Assembly: GCA_949293315.1 (NCBI GenBank)
Contig: CASFCH010000055.1
Span: 12,922 to 76,921 of the forward strand
Origin: an uncultured Oscillospiraceae bacterium
GTDB taxonomy: Bacteria > Bacillota > Clostridia > Oscillospirales > Acutalibacteraceae
DNA length: 64,000 nucleotides
Direction: 5' to 3'
Shown: one piece after another, positions 17,296-27,147 of the stretch
Position numbering within the stretch: the stretch's first letter is position 1
How the letters are laid out: the number at the start of each line of letters is the position of its first letter
The notes under the pieces: model-generated
Told to the model about the DNA's origin: nothing
Seen by the model: the letters and a program-made list of their open reading frames with translations, nothing else
The model's database searches: none
Made by a program: the position numbers and the translations under genes

Positions 17296-18695
17296 GCAGT
17301 ATTTTTAAGCTGATCCGCCGGTTTGTCACGGTCCTCACCATGGCCACGCTGATTTTGCTTGTTTTAAACGTGGCGTTGCTGTTCGTCTTTGTGCGCAATC
17401 AGGTCGGCAACGGCAGCCCGTGGAAAACGGCCGAAGCGGTCTCCGCAGCCCTGACGCCGGAGGGGGAGACGTATATCCTCTCTGCCGAGGGGCAGCAGCT
17501 GCTGGAGCAGAGCGGTGCGTGGGCCATTCTGGTCGACGATGGGAGCGGGCAGGCGGTGTGGCACAGCGAAGGCCTGCCGGCGGAGGTGCCGCTCCGGTAC
17601 AGCATTGCCGACCTCTCCTGGGCGGTCCGCGGCTATGTCGCGGACTACCCCATCACCACGGCGGACCATGGGGACGACCTGCTTTTGATGGGGTATCCAA
17701 AGACCGCCCTCTGGAAATTGATGTGGAATACCTTTGACTTTCAACTGATTGCCAACGCGCCAAAGATGATGGTTGTTTTTTTCCTTGCCAATGTTGCCGC
17801 ATTGCTGGTGATTTATCTTGTCGTAGTATCCGGTATCCTGCGTCCGATCCGGCCGCTGATCCGCGGCATCCAGGCACTGCCTGAGGGAACGGAGGTGTAC
17901 GTCAAGGAGCGGGGGCTTTTCTCCTCGCTGGCCAAATCCGTCAACCGCGCGTCAGAGAAGCTGCGCACCCAGGAGTATGAACTGAAAAAGAAGGACGCCG
18001 CACGCGCAAACTGGATTGCCGGGATCTCCCACGATATCCGCACGCCCCTCTCCATGGTGATGGGATATGCCGGGCAGCTGGAGGAGGATTCTTCCATCCC
18101 GGCGGAGGGGCGCAAAAAGGCGGGGATCATCCGGTTACAGAGCCTGCGCATGAAAAATCTGGTCAACGATCTGAACCTGGCCTCCAAGCTGGAGTACAAT
18201 GTGCAGCCCCTGCACCGCCGGCCGGTAAATGCCGTGACGCTCGCGCGCGAGATCGCAGTGGATTTTTTGAATATGGATGCAGGGGGGCTGTATCCGATCG
18301 ACTGGGCCACGGATGAAAATCTTGCGGCGTGCATGGTGGACGGCGATCCCGACCTGCTCAAACGCGCGCTCTCCAATCTGATTTTAAATGCGCAGGTGCA
18401 CAATCCGGATGGATGTACGATCACGCTCGCCGTGGATCAGGCGGAAGGGATGTGCCGCATCACCGTGGCGGACAATGGCGTTGGCGTCACGGATTCGCAG
18501 CTTGAATCCCTGCGGAATACGCCGCACTACATGTTTCATGATTCAGGCGCCGGCGAACAGCGCCACGGCCTCGGCCTCCTGATCGTCCGGCAGATTGCGC
18601 AGGCACACGGCGGCAATGTGGCGTTCTCTCACGCCCCGCAGGGCGGTTTTATGGTGACTATGACGCTTCCCGCATTGCAGGGCGATCTCAACTGA
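17292..18695 (+). CDS. Sensor histidine kinase
   Basis: Two TM segments, the H-box ISHDIRTPL, and N and G boxes. Its start overlaps the response regulator stop (ATGA). Confidence 0.85.
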   Translation: MSSIFKLIRRFVTVLTMATLILLVLNVALLFVFVRNQVGNGSPWKTAEAVSAALTPEGETYILSAEGQQLLEQSGAWAILVDDGSGQAVWHSEGLPAEVPLRYSIADLSWAVRGYVADYPITTADHGDDLLLMGYPKTALWKLMWNTFDFQLIANAPKMMVVFFLANVAALLVIYLVVVSGILRPIRPLIRGIQALPEGTEVYVKERGLFSSLAKSVNRASEKLRTQEYELKKKDAARANWIAGISHDIRTPLSMVMGYAGQLEEDSSIPAEGRKKAGIIRLQSLRMKNLVNDLNLASKLEYNVQPLHRRPVNAVTLAREIAVDFLNMDAGGLYPIDWATDENLAACMVDGDPDLLKRALSNLILNAQVHNPDGCTITLAVDQAEGMCRITVADNGVGVTDSQLESLRNTPHYMFHDSGAGEQRHGLGLLIVRQIAQAHGGNVAFSHAPQGGFMVTMTLPALQGDLN

Positions 18696-18744
18696 ATTTT
18701 TCTGCTGATTCTGCTGGGTATTGGCGGGAGGGAAAGCAGAAAAC

Positions 18745-18782
18745 CAGCCCCCGGAAGTCTGCTTCCGGGGGCTGAAGTTTTT
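18745..18782. terminator. Bidirectional terminator
   Basis: CAGCCCCCGGAAG...CTTCCGGGGGCTG hairpin followed by AAGTTTTT. Confidence 0.65.
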
Positions 18783-18798
18783 GTTGATCTGCTGTGTT

Positions 18799-21348
18799 TT
18801 ATGCCTGGCAGCTATACGCTTCCAAAATCTTTTCCGCGGCGGATTTCAGGTTCAGCGGAACGGGGACGGCGGGGTATTCGTTCTCATCCAGAACCCAGCG
18901 CCACTCCATGGGGAACCAGTCGATCTCCCGGTGCGGCGCGCCGGTGAGTTCCTCACGCGCCGCGTTCAGATAGGCTGCCCATCTGGCCTTATAGAAGTCC
19001 TTCGTCAGGCCGGACCACTGGCGGTTGGCGTAGTCCTTGAGCTGGCCGTCGTTTGCCTGTTTGCGGGCGCCCCAGGTGGTGATCAGTGCGCGGGCATTGA
19101 AGGGGTACAGATATTTGCGCAGGTCGTCCGTATTGGCGGCAAGATCTTTCGCCTTTTGAATCCACGTACCTACCATGGTCTCCGGACGGGAGGCGGAGAC
19201 GGCGTCCACCCAGTCGGCGGCGCCCAGCAGCTTCTGGGCGTACTTGTCAAATGCAGCGGCGTCTTTAGCACGTAGGGCTGCATCAATCTTGCGTGTGTAC
19301 TCCTGAATGGAGTTGGCGAGTACCTGGCGCAGCACGTCCGCCAAGTCGCAGCAGTAGGTGTCGGACTTGCTCAGGAGCTCATAGTCCTCTGCGAGCATCC
19401 GCGCCGCCTGCTCAAAGAGGATCTTATCATAGCGGATATCGGTGTTGCTCCATGTGGAGGCCTTCTTCACGTCCTGACAGGGGCGGGCGTTGAGCAGGCT
19501 GTCCGGCGAGCCCTCGGAAGTGCCGCACGTGTTCACGCCGTAGGCGGTGTTTTTCAGGATATTCAGGGCGCGGCAGGCGTTGTCGCTCTCGCCGTAGCGG
19601 CGGCGGGCGTAGTGCTCCAGCCACTGATCAAACGTCAGATCCGTGCCCCACATGATATCAAACAGCAGGTCGGCGAAGATCGGGTTGATGCCGGATGCCT
19701 CGGGTGTGATGCCGACTCCCCTGAAATACTTGGCGTTTGCCATGGCGTCCTGCAGATCGTCAAACACGGTTTGCAGCGGGCCGTTCACGCCCATCCGCCC
19801 GCCAAAGTTGACGAGTACGCAGTACACCCACGGGCGCTTTTTGAACGCGGGACGCAGTTTCCACATCGGGCGCTTCTCCGCGTACAGATCCAGGATCAGG
19901 CAGTGCTCGCGGTATTTGCGCAGGCCGCGGAGCATGGCGGGGCGCGGATTCAATCCCCACCCCTGAATGATCCAGCAGGCGTCGGGGCGGTAGTCGAGCA
20001 GCTGATCCATCACCACCTGCGTCGCCTTGCTGACGGACATCACACCGGAATTTCCGCCCTCATGAAACAGATCTCCGGCAAAATAGCGCGTCACATCGCC
20101 GTATACCTCGCGCTGGCATTCGTAAAACAGGCGCGCCAGCTCAATGTAGCACGGATGCGTCGTCTTGAGCACCGCCGGACGGGGGAATCCGTTCCACAGG
20201 CCCTGGCTGGGCATGAGCTTGACGGTCGGGCGTTTTTCCTCAATATCGGCCGGGACCATTCCGTTGTATACTTCCAAAATGGGGGACATCCCGAGCGTGC
20301 GCATGATCCGCTGATTTTTGCGCGCTAGCTCCGTCCGCTCCTCAAACCAGGAGTCGTGGATCGGGCCGCCGAATCCGGAGATATTCGCCATGTACTGCCA
20401 GGCGTAATAGGCGGGGCCCGTCAGGAAATTCTTGACCTCAAAGCGGCGGTAGCCGAGCCTGGTCAAAAAGCGCCGCCAGACCTCCTCCATGCCGGTCAGG
20501 TCGAGCACGGCGTTCACACCGTTCAAAGCCAGATAGTCCAGCTCGTCCCGCCACTCCTTTTCCCCCCAGAAGGGCATCGTGTAGGAGTGTGTGCAGTAGT
20601 TGTAGGCGTAGCGCACCTTCGCGCGCGTCGTTTTATGGATGGGAGAGGGGACAGGCACGGGCTCAAACGGCATCTCCGTATTGCGCGACTGCTGGGAGAT
20701 GCACACGTTACAGTAATATTTCAGGTAGTAGTTTACACCAGCCGCCAGATCGACGCCCGCTGCAGCCGTCACCTGGATCTGGGAGCCGGACTCCTCAACG
20801 GTGAATCCCTGGGCCTGCGGATCAAGCACTAATTTAAACCAGTCGCGGTACTCCGGGCCGAGCACGCGCCCGATGATGCCGTACACCTCGCGGATGGTAT
20901 CCTCCGGCGTGATGGGCGCGGCATAGGGTGTATCGTCAAAGTCGGGGACCGCGATCTCCGGCACGGCGGGGACAGGCTCACCGGTGGGCGTACCGAAGAC
21001 CTGAATCCGCTCGATCACGGCGTTCACACTCTCTGAGCAGTACTCAATGTAGACCATCAGGCAGGCGGCTTTGCCGCTCAGGCGGATCGTCTCCCCCTCG
21101 GCGGGGCACTTGGCCGAATCGGCCTTGTGATAGGCGAGGGAATAGTCACGGCCGTTTGCGCTGGTGTAAATCCGGTATCGGGTAAAGCCCTTTTTCGGCG
21201 TTTTTATCACGATTTGCTCCAGCTCGTACAGCTGATCAAAGTTCAGGACCGCGTAGGCGGGGTACTGACCACCCTGCCAGAACAAATTGTTCCTGTTCAG
21301 GACAATGCCGGAACTCACATCGGCCGTAAAGGTGAGGGGTTGGGACAT
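18799..21348 (-). CDS. Alpha-N-acetylglucosaminidase (GH89, NAGLU family) with an N-terminal F5/8 type C (CBM32-like) domain
   Basis: Start MSQPLTFT follows a GGAGG RBS inside ORF 18799..21384. NAGLU-like blocks are present (YAYNYCTHSYTMPFWG, LALNGVN, EGGNSG). Confidence 0.75.
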   Translation of the reverse strand: MSQPLTFTADVSSGIVLNRNNLFWQGGQYPAYAVLNFDQLYELEQIVIKTPKKGFTRYRIYTSANGRDYSLAYHKADSAKCPAEGETIRLSGKAACLMVYIEYCSESVNAVIERIQVFGTPTGEPVPAVPEIAVPDFDDTPYAAPITPEDTIREVYGIIGRVLGPEYRDWFKLVLDPQAQGFTVEESGSQIQVTAAAGVDLAAGVNYYLKYYCNVCISQQSRNTEMPFEPVPVPSPIHKTTRAKVRYAYNYCTHSYTMPFWGEKEWRDELDYLALNGVNAVLDLTGMEEVWRRFLTRLGYRRFEVKNFLTGPAYYAWQYMANISGFGGPIHDSWFEERTELARKNQRIMRTLGMSPILEVYNGMVPADIEEKRPTVKLMPSQGLWNGFPRPAVLKTTHPCYIELARLFYECQREVYGDVTRYFAGDLFHEGGNSGVMSVSKATQVVMDQLLDYRPDACWIIQGWGLNPRPAMLRGLRKYREHCLILDLYAEKRPMWKLRPAFKKRPWVYCVLVNFGGRMGVNGPLQTVFDDLQDAMANAKYFRGVGITPEASGINPIFADLLFDIMWGTDLTFDQWLEHYARRRYGESDNACRALNILKNTAYGVNTCGTSEGSPDSLLNARPCQDVKKASTWSNTDIRYDKILFEQAARMLAEDYELLSKSDTYCCDLADVLRQVLANSIQEYTRKIDAALRAKDAAAFDKYAQKLLGAADWVDAVSASRPETMVGTWIQKAKDLAANTDDLRKYLYPFNARALITTWGARKQANDGQLKDYANRQWSGLTKDFYKARWAAYLNAAREELTGAPHREIDWFPMEWRWVLDENEYPAVPVPLNLKSAAEKILEAYSCQA

Positions 21349-21565
21349 ACAAAAAACCTCCTGTAGGCATGTTCGGAAAACCATTCTACCAAGAATTATA
21401 AGGGTATTTTTGATTCTGTCAAGAGAGGTGCGCGCAAATTACCGGAAATTTGTGCAACCGTACAGTTAGCAAAAACTAACAATAGTTTTTTTACAAATTT
21501 CTATTGATTTTTACGGAATTAGTGTTACAATTCTAAGTAGAATGAACGAGAAGGAGGTACATACC

Positions 21566-21736
21566 ATGGCTTATCATATTTCTGACGACTGCATTTCCTG
21601 CGGCGCGTGCGAGGCGGAGTGCCCTGTATCCGCTATTTCCGAGGGCGACGGCAAGTATGTCATCGACGCGGACCAGTGCATTGAGTGCGGCGCCTGTGCC
21701 GATACCTGCCCGGTGGGCGCCCCCCAGCAGGCATAA
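21566..21736 (+). CDS. 2x[4Fe-4S] ferredoxin
   Basis: MAYHISDDCISCGACEAECP and CIECGACADTCP motifs. The start follows an AAGGAGG RBS. Confidence 0.9.
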   Translation: MAYHISDDCISCGACEAECPVSAISEGDGKYVIDADQCIECGACADTCPVGAPQQA

Positions 21737-21757
21737 GGACAGAAAAACAGACAGTCT

Positions 21758-21792
21758 GAAAGCGGGAGGAAGGTTCCTTTCTCCCGCTTTTT
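21758..21792 (+). terminator. Rho-independent terminator after the ferredoxin gene
   Basis: AAAGCGGGAG...CTCCCGCTTT hairpin plus a T-run. Confidence 0.7.
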
Positions 21793-21869
21793 CTGTGCCC
21801 GTTTGCTGGTATTGGCGGAAGTTTTATGGTATGATAAAGGCGTGATCTTGAAACGGGTGTGGTGGATGC

Positions 21870-22595
21870 ATGGATTTGGAATTTCATCGGGAGCAGCTCG
21901 GCGGCGGGATCTCGGTGTACACCGCTGCGCCGCATACCTTTAATGAGGATTCTCTGCTCCTCGCCGCGTTTTCCCGGGCGGAACGGGCCGAACGCGCCTG
22001 TGACTTCGGCGCCGGCTGCGGGATTATCCCGCTGATGTGGTGCCGCGGGGAGCAGCCGGAGTCGATCACAGCGGTTGATCTCTCGGATCGGGCGTGTGCA
22101 CTCGCACGGTACGGCGTGGCGCAGAGCGGCCTGACGGATCGGATCGAGGTCATCTGTGCCGATATCCGGGATTTTTGGCGCACGGTGCGCGTGCGGTATG
22201 ACCTGGTCACGATGAATCCGCCCTATTACCGCGCCGGGAGCGGCCGCCGCAATCAGAACGGGGAGAAAGCCCTCGCGCGGCAGGACGGCGCAGCGGAGAT
22301 CGGCGAGGTGTGCGTCTGCGCCGCCCGCGTACTCCGCCAGGGCGGACGGCTGTGCATCTGCTTCCCGGCCGAACGGCTGTGCGATGCCCTGTGCGCCATG
22401 CGGTCGTCGCATATCGAGCCCAAGCGGCTGCGGCCCGTATCGTCCCGGCCCGGGCAGGCGGCGCGCCTTTATCTGCTCGAGGGCGTGCTCGGCGGGCGGC
22501 CCGGCATGCGGATAGAGCCGGAGCTCATCTCCTGTGATAATTCCGGCACACGCACCGCCCAGATGGAAGAATTTTTAAACGGAGGCGTTTTATGA
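21870..22595 (+). CDS. N6-adenine methyltransferase, tRNA1(Val) m6A37 TrmN6/YabB-like
   Basis: Contains the NPPY motif (MNPPYY) and the SAM motif DFGAGCG. It sits directly upstream of rsmI, as yabB-yabC does in Bacillus. Confidence 0.7.
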   Translation: MDLEFHREQLGGGISVYTAAPHTFNEDSLLLAAFSRAERAERACDFGAGCGIIPLMWCRGEQPESITAVDLSDRACALARYGVAQSGLTDRIEVICADIRDFWRTVRVRYDLVTMNPPYYRAGSGRRNQNGEKALARQDGAAEIGEVCVCAARVLRQGGRLCICFPAERLCDALCAMRSSHIEPKRLRPVSSRPGQAARLYLLEGVLGGRPGMRIEPELISCDNSGTRTAQMEEFLNGGVL

Positions 22596-23422
22596 GCGGA
22601 GAACTCTATGTGGTCGGCACACCGATCGGAAATCTGGGGGATCTGTCCCCCCGTGCGGTGGAGACGCTGAACCGGTGCGACTTTATCGCCGCGGAGGATA
22701 CGCGCGTCACGCTCAAGCTCCTCAACCACTTTGGCATCAAAAAGCCGATGGTCAGCTACTTTGAGCACAACAAGCGCGAGCGCGGTGTGATGATCACGGA
22801 CCGGATCCTGGCCGGCGAGAGCTGCGCGATCGTCACGGATGCGGGCATGCCCGCCATCTCGGACCCGGGGGAGGATCTGGTGGCCCTCTGCCATGAGCGC
22901 GGAATCAAAGTCAACGCCGTCCCCGGGCCGTCGGCACTGATCGCGGCGCTGGCGCTCTCCGGGATGCACACGGGCCGGTTTACGTTTGAAGGGTTTTTGA
23001 GCGTCAATAAAAAGAGCCGCCGCGACCATCTGGCGAGCCTGAAAGATGAAAAGCGCACCATGATCTTTTATGAAGCCCCGCACAAGCTCGCCAACACGCT
23101 GCGGGATCTGTACGACACCTTCGGCGATCGGGCGGTCACCATCGTCCGCGAGCTGACCAAGATCCACGAGCAGGTGATCCGCACCACGCTGGAGGCGGCC
23201 GTCCGGGAATATGGGGACGGACACCTCAAGGGGGAGATCGTACTGATCCTCGCCGGCGCGCCGGAGGAGGAGCGGGCGGCCATGACACTTGAGGAGGCCG
23301 TACAGGCCGCGCGGGAGTGGATGCTCGGCGGCGATCCGCCCAGTCTGGCGGCCAAGAAGGCGGCCAAAGCGGGTGGCTTTACAAAAGGGGAAATCTATAA
23401 ACTGCTTCAGGAGGAAGAATGA
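22592..23422 (+). CDS. rsmI: 16S rRNA (cytidine1402-2'-O)-methyltransferase
   Basis: LYVVGTPIGNLGDLSPRA and TDAGMPAISDPG motifs; 276 aa. Confidence 0.9.
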   Translation: MSGELYVVGTPIGNLGDLSPRAVETLNRCDFIAAEDTRVTLKLLNHFGIKKPMVSYFEHNKRERGVMITDRILAGESCAIVTDAGMPAISDPGEDLVALCHERGIKVNAVPGPSALIAALALSGMHTGRFTFEGFLSVNKKSRRDHLASLKDEKRTMIFYEAPHKLANTLRDLYDTFGDRAVTIVRELTKIHEQVIRTTLEAAVREYGDGHLKGEIVLILAGAPEEERAAMTLEEAVQAAREWMLGGDPPSLAAKKAAKAGGFTKGEIYKLLQEEE

Positions 23423-24039
23423 TGGAGATCTTGATCGAATACTGGTACCTGTGGCTGATCCTGATCGCGATGATCGTGGGCGTGGTGTTCCTGTGGAAAA
23501 AGGCCCTTGAGCGCAGCCGGAAGATGCGGGAGGCCCATAAAAAGGAGATGGAATTTATCGAGAACGCCCAGCGCCTGCGCGGGGAGGACAACCGGATGAG
23601 CGCGGAGAAGATCCGCGCCTCCGGGGATGCGGGCCTCTTTCAGGGCGTGGCGGCCAATATCCAGGTCAGTCTGCAAAAGACGGGCACGCCGGACGCGAGC
23701 TTCCGGGACTATCCGGAGGCGGCGCGCAACGTATACGCGCTCTGGTTCCTGACGGACGATGTGGGCAAGGGCAAGCTGAGCGACTTTTTCCGCCAGAGCA
23801 CCCAGCCCCTCACGGGCCAGTTGGTGGAGGCAGTGCGGGCCGTCGGCGCAGAAAAGGCCTATTTGCTTGTCAAGCAGGAGTTCGATATGTTTGACGAGGA
23901 CAACGAGGGCGTCTCTCTTGACTACAAGCTCGTCATGGCGTGCGATGAAAAATTCGCCCATTTGACGGAGAAGCATCCGCTTGAGCCCCTGATCCTCGCG
24001 TATATCCGGGAGCATGCGGACGAGCTCGCGGATATTTGA
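23419..24039 (+). CDS. Hypothetical membrane-anchored protein
   Basis: N-terminal TM segment (YLWLILIAMIVGVVFLW). Its start overlaps the rsmI stop. I do not recognise a confident family. Confidence 0.5.
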   Translation: MMEILIEYWYLWLILIAMIVGVVFLWKKALERSRKMREAHKKEMEFIENAQRLRGEDNRMSAEKIRASGDAGLFQGVAANIQVSLQKTGTPDASFRDYPEAARNVYALWFLTDDVGKGKLSDFFRQSTQPLTGQLVEAVRAVGAEKAYLLVKQEFDMFDEDNEGVSLDYKLVMACDEKFAHLTEKHPLEPLILAYIREHADELADI

Positions 24040-24069
24040 GTCCAAAGAAAAAGGAGAGGCGGCATTGAA

Positions 24070-25659
24070 ATGAAGAGGATAAAACTGTGGCAGAAGATCA
24101 TTCTCAGCGTGGTGAGCGTGCTGCTGATCGCGGCGATCGTCACCCTGTGCGTGCTGTTTGTGCCGGTGCGTATCGGCGCAGGCAGCGGGGTGTTTAAAAA
24201 GGGCTGGGCCACGGACAACAACGGCTACGCGAAGGACGGCCCCGACGTGGAGCGCCTGATCTCCGTCCTGCCGACAGAGCTGCAGGTTCGGTACAGCGAT
24301 ATGGGGTACTACTCCTTTATCCACTACGGCATGAACACCTTTACCGACAGCGAGTGGGGGACCGGCGACGAGGACCCCGCCCAGTTCTGCCCCACTACGG
24401 TGGACACGGACCAGTGGGTGCGCGTGCTCAAGGAGTCGGGCAGCAAGGGCGTGATCTTCACCGTCAAGCATCACGACGGCTTCTGCCTGTGGCCGAGCGC
24501 CTACACGGAGCACAGTATTAAAAACAGCCCCTACATGGACGGAAAGGGCGATATCGTCAAGCAGGTGTCCGACAGCTGTAAAAAGTACGATATGAAATTC
24601 GGCATCTACCTCTCCCCGTGGGATATGCACGAGGAGACATACGGCACGGAGGCGTATAACGACTTTTTCGTCAACCAGCTCACGGAGCTGTGCACCAACT
24701 ACGGCGAACTCTTCACCATCTGGTTCGACGGCGCCAAGGGGGAGGACGCCCCCGATTTCGAGTACGATTTGGACCGTTACTTTGCCGTGATCCGTGAGCT
24801 CCAGCCTAACTGCGTGATCGCCAATCAGGGGCCGGATGTCCGCTGGATCGGGAATGAGGCCGCCGATACGCGTGAGAGCGAGTGGAGTGTGATCTCCCGC
24901 GGCAGCGAGAGTGCGGAGGCTATTGAAGCTCGCTCCCAGCAGGGGGAGGACGATACGGAAAAGCTGCAGGCTGTTGCCTCTGATGCCAAGGATGTCGGCA
25001 GCCGCGATATTGTTTTACAGTATAAGACGCTGGCCTTTAAACCGGCGGAGGCAGATGTCTCCATCCGTCAGGGGTGGTTTTACCACGCATCGGAGGACAA
25101 CACCGTCAAGAGCGCGGACACGCTCACCGATATGTATTACAGGACGGTGGGCGGCAATGCCTTCTTTTTGCTGAACGTCCCGCCGAATAGGGACGGCGTG
25201 ATCGCAGAGCCGGATCTTCAGGCGCTGAAGGAATTTGGGCAGCAGATCGCCTTTGATTTCTCCAAACCGGTGGAGGGTTGTACCGTGACGGTGGGGAACA
25301 GTGCCGGCATGCACGCGGACACGCAGGCCGATACGCTCCTCACGGCGGACGGCAGCTATATGTTCGGGGATGACGAATACATCCTCGATATCGACTTTGA
25401 GGGCGAGCGGGAGATCTCCCGCGTGGTCCTCAAGGAGGATATCTCCTACAGCCAGCGGATCGAGGCGTTTGACGTCTATGCCAAGGTGAACGGGAAATAT
25501 CAGAAGCTCGAATCTTCCACGACGATCGGCTCCGGAAGGATCTGCCGCCTGGACCGGAATCTGAAAAATCCCGCCAACGCGCAGGGGATCCGGATCGTGA
25601 TCCGTCAGTCGCGCAGCAATCCCGTTTTGCGCAGCGTTCAGCTGTATGAAAACCCCTGA
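24070..25659 (+). CDS. Alpha-L-fucosidase (GH29) with an N-terminal signal-anchor and a C-terminal F5/8 type C-like domain
   Basis: HYGMNTFTDSEWG and KHHDGFCLWPS blocks are typical of GH29. An N-terminal TM segment is present. Confidence 0.8.
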   Translation: MKRIKLWQKIILSVVSVLLIAAIVTLCVLFVPVRIGAGSGVFKKGWATDNNGYAKDGPDVERLISVLPTELQVRYSDMGYYSFIHYGMNTFTDSEWGTGDEDPAQFCPTTVDTDQWVRVLKESGSKGVIFTVKHHDGFCLWPSAYTEHSIKNSPYMDGKGDIVKQVSDSCKKYDMKFGIYLSPWDMHEETYGTEAYNDFFVNQLTELCTNYGELFTIWFDGAKGEDAPDFEYDLDRYFAVIRELQPNCVIANQGPDVRWIGNEAADTRESEWSVISRGSESAEAIEARSQQGEDDTEKLQAVASDAKDVGSRDIVLQYKTLAFKPAEADVSIRQGWFYHASEDNTVKSADTLTDMYYRTVGGNAFFLLNVPPNRDGVIAEPDLQALKEFGQQIAFDFSKPVEGCTVTVGNSAGMHADTQADTLLTADGSYMFGDDEYILDIDFEGEREISRVVLKEDISYSQRIEAFDVYAKVNGKYQKLESSTTIGSGRICRLDRNLKNPANAQGIRIVIRQSRSNPVLRSVQLYENP

Positions 25660-25676
25660 GGAATAATTGGAACACG

Positions 25677-25703
25677 GCCCCCGGTACATCCAGGGGGCTT
25701 TTT
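25677..25703 (+). terminator. Rho-independent terminator
   Basis: GCCCCCGG...CAGGGGGC hairpin followed by TTTTT. Confidence 0.65.
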
Positions 25704-25828
25704 GCGTAAAATGCGCCCCAAAATGATACTTGCAACCGCCGGTTGCGGCAGTTTCCAAGTTGGATTGCTTGCTTTACAGGCGTGTTTTCGGTATGCTGAG
25801 GATACCCTAAAACAGAGGAGGAGAGAAA

Positions 25829-26356
25829 ATGACCTTTGGCGAAAAAGTTTTTAAGCTGCGCACCGGACGCGGACTCTCGCAGGATCGGCTCGCGGAGCTG
25901 CTGGAGGTGTCGCGCCAGTCCGTCTCCAAGTGGGAGCGGGATGAGGCTATGCCGGATACGGACAAGATCGTCGGCCTGAGCCGAATCTTCGGCGTGACGA
26001 CGGACGGCCTGCTGACGGGGGAGGAGCTGCCCATACCTGCAGAGCCGGAGACACCCCACGGTGAACGCTTCCGTCAGGTGGAGCGCGGCACATTGGCGGA
26101 CTTCTTGGGCGAGATGGCTCGTTTTTTACAGCGGCGGGGCTGGATCTTCGGCCTGTTCCTGATCGTGGTGGAGGTATTCCAGCTGGTTCTGTCCGGCATC
26201 ATGGCCGGGAACTTTAAGGATATTCAGACCATTGCGGACGTGCTGCACAACACGCTGGCACTTGGAATGCAGTATGTCGTGGGCCTTGCGGCGGGCGTGC
26301 TGATCGTCGTGCTCGGGCTGATCTGGCGCAGAAAGGGGGAGGCGGATCATGACTAA
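25829..26356 (+). CDS. XRE-family HTH regulator with a C-terminal transmembrane region
   Basis: HTH region LSQDRLAELLEVSRQSVSKWE, followed by two hydrophobic segments. Confidence 0.8.
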   Translation: MTFGEKVFKLRTGRGLSQDRLAELLEVSRQSVSKWERDEAMPDTDKIVGLSRIFGVTTDGLLTGEELPIPAEPETPHGERFRQVERGTLADFLGEMARFLQRRGWIFGLFLIVVEVFQLVLSGIMAGNFKDIQTIADVLHNTLALGMQYVVGLAAGVLIVVLGLIWRRKGEADHD

Positions 26357-26951
26357 AATCTTTGCGGGGTTGTTTTTCTTTATCCTGTCGTTCTCAATCA
26401 ATATCGGCGGCCTGAACATCTGTCTGACGCCGCCGTTTATCGGATGGATCCTCATTGCCTCCGGACTGGGGGATCTCTCCAAGGCGATCCCCATGATGCG
26501 CCATGCGGTGCCGGCGGCCCGTGTGCTGGCCGTGTATGATCTGTTTCTGTTTGTGGTGGGCACGCTGTGGGGTGACCGATTTTTCAGCGACGTCCACGCA
26601 TGGCTTCTTACGGCGGGGCAGGTCTGCGGAATCTATATCTTCTATGTGATTGCGGAGGGCCTGATCTGGTATGAGCAGGAGCGGCAGGTCTCCCTGAACG
26701 CTGCGGCGCTGCGCCGCTGGTGGAAGACGCTCGCGGTGTGGAATATCCCGTCGGCACTGTTCCTCTCCTTTTCCGAGCAGCTGTGGACGGTGCAGCAGAT
26801 GCCGGAGGAGACGCAGGGGATCTACCTGGTGCTCTGCATGGTTCCCATTCTGCTCTACGGCCTGTGCACGATGATCGTTCATATCGGGTACCTGTGCGCG
26901 TTCAGCGACACGCGCCGGCTGTACCGCGCGCTGGATGCCGCGCGGCAGTGA
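26349..26951 (+). CDS. Polytopic membrane protein, unknown function
   Basis: 200 aa with 5-6 TM-like segments. Its start overlaps the stop of the XRE gene. Confidence 0.6.
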   Translation: MTKIFAGLFFFILSFSINIGGLNICLTPPFIGWILIASGLGDLSKAIPMMRHAVPAARVLAVYDLFLFVVGTLWGDRFFSDVHAWLLTAGQVCGIYIFYVIAEGLIWYEQERQVSLNAAALRRWWKTLAVWNIPSALFLSFSEQLWTVQQMPEETQGIYLVLCMVPILLYGLCTMIVHIGYLCAFSDTRRLYRALDAARQ

Positions 26952-27088
26952 CGGACCGGATTTTACAGGCGGAACGCTGAAGGATCAGCAATCCCTACGA
27001 AAGTGCATACAGATTCCGATCGGCGTGTGTTCAGATCCGGCTTTTGCGCAGGGGGATTTTTGCGGCGCATGCTTCCTTTTTGCACCAT

Positions 27089-27125
27089 CCCCGTAGGGAA
27101 CGCTGCCCTCAGCGTTCCGTCCGGC
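27089..27125. repeat. REP-like GC-rich palindromic element
   Basis: GGAACGCTG-ccct-CAGCGTTCC is a perfect 9-bp hairpin within a ~200-nt non-coding stretch. Confidence 0.5.
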
Positions 27126-27147
27126 GTGAGCCGCATCAAAACGTCCC

